From: a virus
Taxonomy: Duplodnaviria; Caudoviricetes
Virus record (IMG/VR): IMGVR_UViG_3300031695_000028
Span: 1 to 24,563 of that record
Strand: one strand, 5' to 3'
Length of the DNA stretch: 24,563 nt
How positions within the stretch are numbered: the stretch's first letter is position 1; the number at the start of each line of letters is the position of its first letter. The position numbers and the translations under genes were made by a program. Below are positions 1 through 8,200 of this stretch, in pieces. Under the pieces are notes generated by a model. It worked only from the letters and a program-made list of their open reading frames with translations, had not been told where the DNA came from and did not search any database.

Positions 1-19
1 GAAAACTAAATAAAAAAAA

Positions 20-124
20 ATGAAAGCAATACATTGGATTAAATGTAATTGGAATAAAATATTTTTATTTTTGTCTTTTAAAATGGATGACTGTACTAAT
101 AGAATTTGCACGTGCAAGAAATGA
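20..124 (+). CDS. Small Cys-rich hypothetical protein (34 aa, MKAIHWIKCNWNKIFLFLSFKMDDCTNRICTCKK)
   Basis: Translated by hand (below the ORF-track cutoff). A-rich leader like the other genes. Its TGA overlaps the next ATG (ATGA at 121-124). Confidence 0.6.
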   Translation: MKAIHWIKCNWNKIFLFLSFKMDDCTNRICTCKK

Positions 125-267
125 AATCAAAAGGATTCGGAGACACTGTAGCAAAGTTTACAAAAGCCACAGGAATTAAAACTTTTGTTGATAAAATAAC
201 AGAAGGAGATTGTAACTGTGACAAAAGACGTAACACATTAAACAGAGTATTTCCTTATAATAAATAA
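121..267 (+). CDS. Small phage protein with CxC motif (48 aa, MKSKGFGDTVAKFTKATGIK...DCNCDKRRNTLNRVFPYNK)
   Basis: Hand translation. Coupled to the upstream ORF (ATGA) and ends 3 nt before the next ATG. The KGxGDT..K.T..TGIK...CxC..R...LN pattern is one I recall from small proteins of aquatic phages. Confidence 0.8.
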   Translation: MKSKGFGDTVAKFTKATGIKTFVDKITEGDCNCDKRRNTLNRVFPYNK

Positions 268-270
268 ACT

Positions 271-804
271 ATGGCATACCAAAAATTACAAGCAGGCAAA
301 GCCTGGTCAGTTTATCCAAGTGATAACACTGATATCCCAAACACTATAATCGATGGGCCTCAAGGGTCTACGAGTGCAATAGCAGCCGGAAACAAACAGC
401 TTATAGACAGCACAAGAACATCAGACGATATAAGGTTTATATCCGTTGCTGATGGGGGAGGGGCGAAAACTAAATTCTCCTTATGTGGGTTGCAGATTGG
501 AATGATTATAGTAAACACAACAGACGGAACACAAACAACATTAGTTCAAGTAGTTAATGACACGACTCTATTAGTAACCGATGCTATTTTTGCAGCACAA
601 CCAAAAACATATGCGATATATGGAGGATCTCAAGATGGAGCTGTTCTTTATGTTGGTACAACAGGAAACTTAAGGGTAACTACAATTGCTGGAGATGATG
701 TTACGTTTGTAGGAATAGGTGCAGGAACGTTTGTTCCCGTTCAAGTCGTAAAGGTTTGGGCAACAGGAGGAACAACTGCTTCAAATATAATAGCACTTTG
801 GTAA
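271..804 (+). CDS. Head spike base-like protein (RcGTA Rcc01079-like) carrying an internal inserted domain
   Basis: N-terminal AWSVYPSDNTDIP and C-terminal LYVGTTGNLRV...VTFVGIGAGTFVPVQVVKVWATGGTTASNIIALW match the pattern I recall for Rcc01079-family spike bases. About 90 aa lie between the two parts. Confidence 0.7.
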   Translation: MAYQKLQAGKAWSVYPSDNTDIPNTIIDGPQGSTSAIAAGNKQLIDSTRTSDDIRFISVADGGGAKTKFSLCGLQIGMIIVNTTDGTQTTLVQVVNDTTLLVTDAIFAAQPKTYAIYGGSQDGAVLYVGTTGNLRVTTIAGDDVTFVGIGAGTFVPVQVVKVWATGGTTASNIIALW

Positions 805-827
805 TTGAAATAGTAATAAAAAAATAA

Positions 828-968
828 ATGTCTAATTTAATTGCGATAGGTACCTTTATTGGAACAAAAATCTCTGGATCAGCAGCCCCAGGGGCACAGA
901 ATATAATTTCTGAAGCGTCTATACAGATGATAACAGAAGGCACAAGTCAAAACATGATAACAGAATAA
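828..968 (+). CDS. Short putative spike adaptor peptide (46 aa, MSNLIAIGTFIGTKISGSAAPGAQNIISEASIQMITEGTSQNMITE)
   Basis: Hand translation. Fills the gap between 804 and 980 and has an A-rich leader. Hydrophobic IAIG N-terminus and repeated MITE at the C-terminus. Confidence 0.75.
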   Translation: MSNLIAIGTFIGTKISGSAAPGAQNIISEASIQMITEGTSQNMITE

Positions 969-979
969 AATAAAAAAAA

Positions 980-2194
980 ATGGCAGTAAAATTTTCACAG
1001 TTCACACCAGAAACGGCAGCCGCTAACGTAACAGATATAGTAGGATACCAAACCGCTGGAAATCTTAATATTAAAATACCGCCTGCAAACTTAGACACTC
1101 TTGTTTCTTCGGCTACGGCGGCATCCGGAACGGGTGTTACTTATACCTTAACAGGAACAAAAGCGGGTACAGCGAACACAACAGATGTAACGACTTTTAC
1201 CGTGCCTGCAACTTCAGGTTTGACTTTAACGTCAGGAACAAAAACCATAGAATTAGACGCTACATCATATAAATTGACCTCAACGGACACGGGTTCTCCG
1301 GGAACAGTGCCTATAGTTCTTACAGGAACAGGAGGGGGAGATCCGGGAACGGAAACTGTTAATTTAATAGGAGCAGGAACAGTTGCAATTGGCTCTACAG
1401 GCAATACAATAACTATTACGGGTGCAGGCGGCAGCGGTACTGTTACTAGTGTAGGCATGGCAGTTCCAGCAGCATTTGCTGTAACACCAGCATCTATTAC
1501 TGCTAGTGGCACGTTTACTATAAGTGGAGCTGGAAATGCAACTCAAGTAGTGTTAGGTAATGGTGCTTTAGGTACCTTGCCAACAGATACAAATACAACA
1601 TATACTGTAGATGTTCCGACGGGAACGACTAGCATAAATCTTAAGGGTAGTGATGCCACTGATGATGCTATTGTTTTAGTGGGAGGAACAGATATAGGAT
1701 TAGTTAGAGATAGCGCTAATCAAATAACAATAAACTCACAAGCTGTAGGAGGTGTAACGTCCGTTGATGAAACTACTCCGGGAACATCATCGGGAACGCC
1801 TATAGTTGTAAATCCAACTACAGGAACTGTTCTTGTTCAGTCAATGGCGTATGCAGGTCAAGCTAATGTAGGGCATGTACCAACAGGAGGGGTAGCAGGT
1901 CAATATTTAGATGGTGATACAGGAGCTTGGATAACATTGCCTTCGACTCTTAGTATAGATAAAAAAACTTTTACCGGAACAGGATCACAAACTGTTTTTA
2001 ATTTAGCAAGTACAGCAGCTGGATTAACGGTTAACAATTTAGCTATTTATATATCCGGTGTCTATCAAAATAAATTAGACGCGTCTGATGTTGCTAACTT
2101 TACGGTTGGTGCAGGAGCAAATCCAGATGTAACATTTTCACCAGCCCCACCATTAACCGCAGTAAACGGAATAGAAATAGTAATAACAAGATAA
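980..2194 (+). CDS. Thr/Gly-rich virion fibre/spike protein with internal repeats
   Basis: 404 aa, beta-strand-like T/G/V composition, repeated N(T/Q)ITI....G.VTSV units. C-terminal FTGTGSQTVF...YISGVYQ...TFSPAPP module typical of phage structural proteins. Confidence 0.7.
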   Translation: MAVKFSQFTPETAAANVTDIVGYQTAGNLNIKIPPANLDTLVSSATAASGTGVTYTLTGTKAGTANTTDVTTFTVPATSGLTLTSGTKTIELDATSYKLTSTDTGSPGTVPIVLTGTGGGDPGTETVNLIGAGTVAIGSTGNTITITGAGGSGTVTSVGMAVPAAFAVTPASITASGTFTISGAGNATQVVLGNGALGTLPTDTNTTYTVDVPTGTTSINLKGSDATDDAIVLVGGTDIGLVRDSANQITINSQAVGGVTSVDETTPGTSSGTPIVVNPTTGTVLVQSMAYAGQANVGHVPTGGVAGQYLDGDTGAWITLPSTLSIDKKTFTGTGSQTVFNLASTAAGLTVNNLAIYISGVYQNKLDASDVANFTVGAGANPDVTFSPAPPLTAVNGIEIVITR

Positions 2195-2206
2195 ACTTAA
2201 AGCTCA

Positions 2207-4642
2207 ATGGCAACAACTAAAGTAACTACAAACAGTATTGACATGAGTAGTAACGCTGGAGGGCTTACCTGGGTAAAGGGCACTACTGCTCAAAGGCCCG
2301 CAGGAGCTTCCGTATCGAATTGCAATTATCCAACTACAGCAACAGCGCTGTATCAGCTTGAAGGTAACGCCAACGATACATGCGGAAATTATAACGGAAC
2401 AGCTGCAAATATTACATATACATCGGGTTCAGGAGGTAAGTACGGGGAGGCTGCTATTTTTAATGGTACCAGTAGTTATATAGACTTAAATTTAAAAAAT
2501 AAATTCATAGGAACTATTTCAATTTGGTTTAATGGCGCTACACCCTCTTCACTATGTTTTTTATATGCGTCAACAGCAGGAAGTAGTTCAAACAACGGTG
2601 TTGCCCTTATAGCTAACACAGATGGAACAATAAGAATACTTATTGGGCAAGGCATAAGTGGTTCGTTTGCTTTGGATGTGTCAACAACAGATACTTTTTT
2701 TGACAGCAATTGGTATAATGCAGTATTAACATGGGATTTGAGTAGCGCTGGAACTAATGTATATTTGTATATAAATGATGTGGAAAAAGCTTCTGGGGCA
2801 GCAACTACTGGAAATTGGACTACAGGTCAAGACTCTTCTGACCTTATTTTAGGACATTATAACACTGCAGGTGGTTCTGAAACATTCAATGGTAACATAG
2901 ACCAAGTTAGAATCTTCCCAAGTGTTTTGAGTTCAACTGAGATCACAAAGTTACAAAGCGAAACAACAACTGGCACGCTCTCTATTGGGAATCTACGAGA
3001 AAACACGGAGACAAACAGAACAGAGGTGTTTACTAATCAGTTAGCTTCAGCCGCTACCGTATCGGATTGCAATTATCCTACTACAGCTTCTGCTTTATAT
3101 CAATTTGACGACGATGTATCAGATACTTGTAATAATTACAACGGTACAGCTTATAATTTAAATGCTTATGTTACAGGTAAATTTGGAAAAGCAGCTAGTT
3201 TTAATGGTACCAGTAGTAGAGTTGATATTACCTCGCCAATTGGTCAAAATGCTAGTAATGAAAATGATGATTTTAGCATATCTGTTTGGGTTTATTGGAC
3301 TTTTATAACAGGAACAGCTGGAGCATCTAATGGAACAATAAGTGGTAATTCTAGTGGATCAAGCAATAGTTCATTTGCAATATATTCTTATGGTAATGCT
3401 GCCGGAATATCTGTAGCATTTGAAAGATTTTTTAATAATACAGGTTATTATTCTTCAGGTTATCTCACGGCTGCTCCTTTTGCAGCTGTAATTAATACTT
3501 GGTACAATATTGTTTTTACATACGCTGGTAGTACAAAAACTGTTACAACTTATGTTGACGGAACAGCCTTACCTACTTATACACTTAATACTAATGCTGG
3601 AAGTAGAACTATGAATCCTTTGAATAGTTTTGGGTCATACAATGGGAGTAGTTTTGGGCATCTTGGATATTTAGACCAAATAAGAATATTTCCAAGTGTA
3701 TTATCACAACCAGACGTAACAAAGTTACAAAACGAAACAACAACTGGCGGAGCCTCTTCTTGGAGAAATCTAAAGGAGTCGGCAGCTACTGTAAATATAG
3801 ACAGCGAGTATTTAGTTGTAGCAGGCGGCGGCGGCGGCGGCTCATTAAACAACGCTGGAGGAGGTGGAGCTGGAGGTCTTAAAACAAATTTTGGAGGTAC
3901 TAAAATTACTTTATCGGGTGGTACAGCTTATACTATTACAGTAGGACCACCAGGCGCAGGAAAAAGTGCAAGCGCGGCAGGAGGAAATGGTACAAATTCT
4001 ATTTTCTCAGGGTCAGATATTACAAATATAGAGTCTACAGGTGGTGGAGGTGGAGCTACAGGAACTGGGGGAGGTGGCTCTGCATATACAGCAGGAAACG
4101 GAGGATCTGGAGGAGGATCTGGATGGAATCAAACAAATCAAGGAACCGGAAATGCAGGCGAAGGATTTGCTGGAGGTGTTGGATCACAAAGTGGCGCATA
4201 TACAGGTGGTGGTGGTGGTGGTGCTAGTGAAGCTGGAAGTACGAATGGAGTTGGGCATGGTGGAGACGGTGTTAGTAATTCTATAACAGGCTCAGCTATT
4301 GATTATGCAGGTGGTGGTGGTGGTGGCGCAGATAATACAGGTAGCCCTGGCGGAGCGGGAGGAGGCGGAGCGGGCGCAATTGGAGCCGGAACTACGGCAG
4401 TAGATGGTAGTGCTAACAAAGGCGGCGGCGGCGGCGGCGGAAATCCATCAAGATTGCCTAGTGGCGCTGGAGGCTCTGGAATAGTTATATTAAGAAATAA
4501 AGCAGCAACGGCAACATTAGGTTCAGGGATAACAGTCAATGGTATAGCAGGCCCTAGTTCAGTAACTGGAACATCAATTGGAGCAACGGGTGATTATTAT
4601 TATTCAGCAACATTAGGAACAGGAACAATAACATTTAGTTAA
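2207..4642 (+). CDS. Fibre/adhesin with two LamG (concanavalin A-like) domains and a C-terminal Gly-rich domain
   Basis: Two copies of ALYQ..GN/DD..D...YNGT...GK.G.AA.FNGTSS...SxW...WYN.V.T...DQ.RIF. C-terminal YLVVAGGGGGG...GAGGSGIVILR glycine-rich domain. Confidence 0.85.
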   Translation: MATTKVTTNSIDMSSNAGGLTWVKGTTAQRPAGASVSNCNYPTTATALYQLEGNANDTCGNYNGTAANITYTSGSGGKYGEAAIFNGTSSYIDLNLKNKFIGTISIWFNGATPSSLCFLYASTAGSSSNNGVALIANTDGTIRILIGQGISGSFALDVSTTDTFFDSNWYNAVLTWDLSSAGTNVYLYINDVEKASGAATTGNWTTGQDSSDLILGHYNTAGGSETFNGNIDQVRIFPSVLSSTEITKLQSETTTGTLSIGNLRENTETNRTEVFTNQLASAATVSDCNYPTTASALYQFDDDVSDTCNNYNGTAYNLNAYVTGKFGKAASFNGTSSRVDITSPIGQNASNENDDFSISVWVYWTFITGTAGASNGTISGNSSGSSNSSFAIYSYGNAAGISVAFERFFNNTGYYSSGYLTAAPFAAVINTWYNIVFTYAGSTKTVTTYVDGTALPTYTLNTNAGSRTMNPLNSFGSYNGSSFGHLGYLDQIRIFPSVLSQPDVTKLQNETTTGGASSWRNLKESAATVNIDSEYLVVAGGGGGGSLNNAGGGGAGGLKTNFGGTKITLSGGTAYTITVGPPGAGKSASAAGGNGTNSIFSGSDITNIESTGGGGGATGTGGGGSAYTAGNGGSGGGSGWNQTNQGTGNAGEGFAGGVGSQSGAYTGGGGGGASEAGSTNGVGHGGDGVSNSITGSAIDYAGGGGGGADNTGSPGGAGGGGAGAIGAGTTAVDGSANKGGGGGGGNPSRLPSGAGGSGIVILRNKAATATLGSGITVNGIAGPSSVTGTSIGATGDYYYSATLGTGTITFS

Positions 4643-4644
4643 TT

Positions 4645-5625
4645 ATGGCATACTACGCAAAAATATCAAATGATGAGTTTACAGTAAGTGAGAGATCTAG
4701 GCTGGCCGCTGCTGAACAAGAAAGATATTCTATTATAGCGACTAACACGGATAGGGAAAACGCTGAATATACAGCACTAAAAGATGCCTATAGAGAATCA
4801 TTAAACGGAACGGAAGAAGAGCAAAAAATAGCCAAAGATAATCTCGAAGCTAAAGAATCTGAGGGTACAGAGGCATTAACCATAGAAATTGAAGCTCTAG
4901 AAACTAAAATAGCGAATGCGCTTTGCAGGGTTACTGATATGTGTTCAGGAGTTGATGAATACACCTCTTCTAAAGGTGAAGAAACAGCCGAAGACAACTC
5001 AGTATATTGGGAAGGATACTACGGGGGATGCAAGAGAACGTCATACAACACACGAGGTGGCGCACACACGCTAGGCGGCACGCCGTTTAGAAAAAATTAT
5101 GCAGGGGTAGGATATATCTACGACCCTGTTCGAGATGCGTTTTATTCGCAGCAACCCTACGCAAGCTGGACACTTAATGAGTCTACTTGTTACTGGTCAG
5201 CGCCAACTTCTATACCCGAAGAAGGAGATTGGTATTGGAAAGAAGACACAACCGAGTGGGTTGATTACGTTTACATAAACCCAGACAACAACCAACCCTA
5301 TCCTAGTTGGATATGGGATATAACAAACGGAGGATGGAAAGCCCCAATAGAAGCGCCGGCTGAATACTATCGACCAGCGTGGGATGAAAAAAATCAAAGG
5401 TGGATAGATTATGAGACGGGAAACTATTACTGGAAAGAAGATACTCGGGAGTATGTAGACTATGTGTATTACAATCCTGATAACAACCAGCCCTATCCTA
5501 GTTGGACATGGGACTCGTCAAAAGGTATTTGGGAGCCACCGGTAGAAAAACCTGACGATGATTTAAAGTATTATTGGAATGAAGAAACATTAACTTGGGA
5601 AAAGACACATCATGGCACTAACTAA
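4645..5625 (+). CDS. Trp/Tyr-rich repeat protein, fibre-associated or fibre-assembly-like
   Basis: RTSYNTRGG...FRKNYAGVGYIYDPVRDAF...QPYASW motif, which I recall typically follows Gly-rich fibre genes in aquatic phages. Three QPYxSW...W.xP...W.E units. Confidence 0.7.
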   Translation: MAYYAKISNDEFTVSERSRLAAAEQERYSIIATNTDRENAEYTALKDAYRESLNGTEEEQKIAKDNLEAKESEGTEALTIEIEALETKIANALCRVTDMCSGVDEYTSSKGEETAEDNSVYWEGYYGGCKRTSYNTRGGAHTLGGTPFRKNYAGVGYIYDPVRDAFYSQQPYASWTLNESTCYWSAPTSIPEEGDWYWKEDTTEWVDYVYINPDNNQPYPSWIWDITNGGWKAPIEAPAEYYRPAWDEKNQRWIDYETGNYYWKEDTREYVDYVYYNPDNNQPYPSWTWDSSKGIWEPPVEKPDDDLKYYWNEETLTWEKTHHGTN

Positions 5626-6856
5626 AGTAATAACAGACTTAACGGAATTCAACCCAGGCAATCCTGATTATTTTTTAACTGCAACCAATCCAGTTACGGT
5701 TATTAATGCGGGTGGTAATCAGTATAACTTTAATGGTGTATATGGTAAGTTTGGATTAAGAATAGGCACTACAGTTTTAACAGGCGTGCCTAGCTCTCAT
5801 CCTTTTGCTGTTTTAAATAATGGACTTACAGGGATTACATATACTGGGACTGTTAATGAAGGTACTTTAGCGGTAGGTGGATTTACATATACTTTTTACT
5901 CAGGAGATGTAACAATTACAGTTACTGCTGGTTTTGGTGTTGCTAGTTATTATTGCAAAATCCACGGTTACATGGGAGGAGAAAATAATTTTGTTTCTGT
6001 TTATTCCACATCGGGACTTAGAATGCCAAGTAGCAGTTCTGCATATTCAGGTCCAGCTGTAGCAAAAGGAATGATGCGTAATGAAGTAGGTCAAGTATCA
6101 GAAAGTTCAGCTAGTTGCATGCAACATTACAACGGGACAGATTGGAAAAACTTTGATAATTTATCTAACTCTACACTAGGTACTTGCAATTATCCTGTAA
6201 CAGGAACTGCTTTATATCAATTTGAAGATAATGCTAATGATACGTGTGGAACTTATAATGGAACAGCAGGTGCTAATATAACTTACCCAGCTGGTAAGTT
6301 TGGAAAAGCGGCAAATTTTCCAGGAAATTTAAATACGCCGGCTGATGGAATAGTTTTACCATCTTCACTTTCTCCTAAATTAATTAACAATTTTAGTATG
6401 TCTTTTTGGTTTAATGCCGATACTTTTGCTACAGGCTGTCTTAGTGGTTGTGGAAATTATCCTACATTATTTGCTGGGTTTGAAGATATGAAAATGTATT
6501 TTTGTGTATATGGATCTGGTAGTAATTATAAATTATATTATTATAATTATGGTGGTAGTGGTGCCAATTTAATCGGAACAACAAATTTATCTACTAGCAC
6601 ATGGTATAATGCTGTATTGACTCAAAGTTCTACAGGTGGGGCAAAAATATATTTAGATGGTAATATCGATGGGTCTAATGCTAGTATAACTGCTGATGGA
6701 CCTTCTACAGGAACCGCATCTGGGCAAAATTTATTTGGAGGATATAATAGTAGTGGAAATTTTGATCTTCCTTGGAATGGATTAATGGATCAGATAAGAA
6801 TATTTCCTTCAGTATTAACACAAGGAGATATAGATAAACTTCAATTAGAATCATAA
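5612..6856 (+). CDS. Fibre/adhesin with a cupredoxin-like domain and a C-terminal LamG domain
   Basis: SSHPF...YYCKIHGYMGG (His...Cys-x2-His-x2-Met). The LamG is bounded by CNYP.T.TALYQ and DQIRIFPSVL, as in the 2207 gene. Confidence 0.8.
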   Translation: MALTKVITDLTEFNPGNPDYFLTATNPVTVINAGGNQYNFNGVYGKFGLRIGTTVLTGVPSSHPFAVLNNGLTGITYTGTVNEGTLAVGGFTYTFYSGDVTITVTAGFGVASYYCKIHGYMGGENNFVSVYSTSGLRMPSSSSAYSGPAVAKGMMRNEVGQVSESSASCMQHYNGTDWKNFDNLSNSTLGTCNYPVTGTALYQFEDNANDTCGTYNGTAGANITYPAGKFGKAANFPGNLNTPADGIVLPSSLSPKLINNFSMSFWFNADTFATGCLSGCGNYPTLFAGFEDMKMYFCVYGSGSNYKLYYYNYGGSGANLIGTTNLSTSTWYNAVLTQSSTGGAKIYLDGNIDGSNASITADGPSTGTASGQNLFGGYNSSGNFDLPWNGLMDQIRIFPSVLTQGDIDKLQLES

Positions 6857-8121
6857 TGGCAATAACAAAAATAGGAACACCGGAATTATTTGACTTCAGC
6901 GCAACCAATACAGAGCTGCAATTACCAACGGGTGATACGGCATCTAGACCTGCCTCTCCCAGTACTGGCGAGTGGCGCTTTAATACTACATTAAAATATG
7001 TAGAGTTCTATGATGGTGGTGAATGGAGGCAAATAGACACTGAAGCAATTCCTGCCCCCGCTGAACCAGGTACAGATAATTTTAATACAGTTTTATATGT
7101 AGGTAACGGTTCAACTAAAGTTGTCACAACAGTTGGATTTGGAGTTGGACTTGTTTGGATAAAATCACTGAATGGTACGGGATCAAGCGGCGGTTATAAC
7201 GCTTTGTTTGATATAATTAGAGGACCATATAAACAAAATAACACAAATTTAACTCGTGCCGAGTATAACTCATCACCATACGGTGTAACTACTTTTGGTA
7301 CTGATGGTTTTACTGTTGCCGATAATTCTGAAGGGGGTAACTCTGTTAATGGTGGAGTTGGAGGTACGTACTCAGGAACTCCACCTGATTATGTTTCATG
7401 GAACTGGAAAGCCGGAGGTGCTGCTACAACAATAGCAGCGGGTACAGAAGGTAATTCAATAGCCAGTGATGTTAGTACAAATGTTGCTGGGGGTTTTAGT
7501 ATAGTAAATTATACAGGAAATAATACAACTGGAGCAACCGTCAGTCATAATCTTGGAGGGGTGCCTGATCTTATAGTTTGGAAAGCTAATCAAAATGCAG
7601 GTTGGAAAGTTTTCTGTAGTCAATTTCCTACACCCACCTCTCAAATAATGGAGCTGTATACCACTGAAGGGCTTAGTACTAACACTACTTTTATTAATCT
7701 AACGCTACCAACCGATAAACTTATTACTCTTGGAGCATATGGTGATACAAATCCTAATAACGTTTCAACTAGTGTGTATTGTTGGAGATCAATACCAGGC
7801 TATAGTAAAATTGGCACTTACACCGCTGCCGGAGGCACCACGTTTGATATTGCGTTAGGATTTAAACCAGCGTGGATAATGTTTAAGAGTCAAGTATCTA
7901 CAGGCAATTCTGCTTGGATTATATTTGATAATAAAAGAAATCCATCAAATCCAAGAACATGTGAGATATTTCCTAATAGTGATGTGGTACAGTCTTGCAC
8001 AACAGGAACATCACCTAATTATAGAGGTATTAATTTTACAAGTACAGGAGTTGAATTATTGCCTAATAGCTACGTTAATAACCTAACAAACAATTTTATT
8101 TATATGGCTTTTGCTGAATAA
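6856..8121 (+). CDS. Fibre-tip/virion structural protein
   Basis: N-terminal LPTGDTASRP...GEWRFNT...EFYDG..W linker. Then three related units (FNTVLYVGNG..WIK / FSIVNYTGN..VWK / YSKIGTYT..GFKPAWIMFK), a pattern common in marine phage structural proteins. Confidence 0.75.
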   Translation: MAITKIGTPELFDFSATNTELQLPTGDTASRPASPSTGEWRFNTTLKYVEFYDGGEWRQIDTEAIPAPAEPGTDNFNTVLYVGNGSTKVVTTVGFGVGLVWIKSLNGTGSSGGYNALFDIIRGPYKQNNTNLTRAEYNSSPYGVTTFGTDGFTVADNSEGGNSVNGGVGGTYSGTPPDYVSWNWKAGGAATTIAAGTEGNSIASDVSTNVAGGFSIVNYTGNNTTGATVSHNLGGVPDLIVWKANQNAGWKVFCSQFPTPTSQIMELYTTEGLSTNTTFINLTLPTDKLITLGAYGDTNPNNVSTSVYCWRSIPGYSKIGTYTAAGGTTFDIALGFKPAWIMFKSQVSTGNSAWIIFDNKRNPSNPRTCEIFPNSDVVQSCTTGTSPNYRGINFTSTGVELLPNSYVNNLTNNFIYMAFAE

Positions 8122-8125
8122 AAAT

Positions 8126-8200
8126 ATGGAATATACACAGACTACTACGGCGGGAGACATTAAGGTAAATTATATATATGTTAATGGACAAGATAAGTAA
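8126..8200 (+). CDS. Possible 24 aa peptide (MEYTQTTTAGDIKVNYIYVNGQDK)
   Basis: ATG lies 4 nt after the previous stop. Fills the intergenic gap and overlaps the endolysin start. Too short to be sure. Confidence 0.35.
   Translation: MEYTQTTTAGDIKVNYIYVNGQDK

Noticed and set aside
5236-5513. Repeat pair as a diversity-generating retroelement template/variable repeat
   Set aside because: The differences are largely synonymous and not restricted to adenines. Both copies lie in one ORF, and no reverse transcriptase is in the window.
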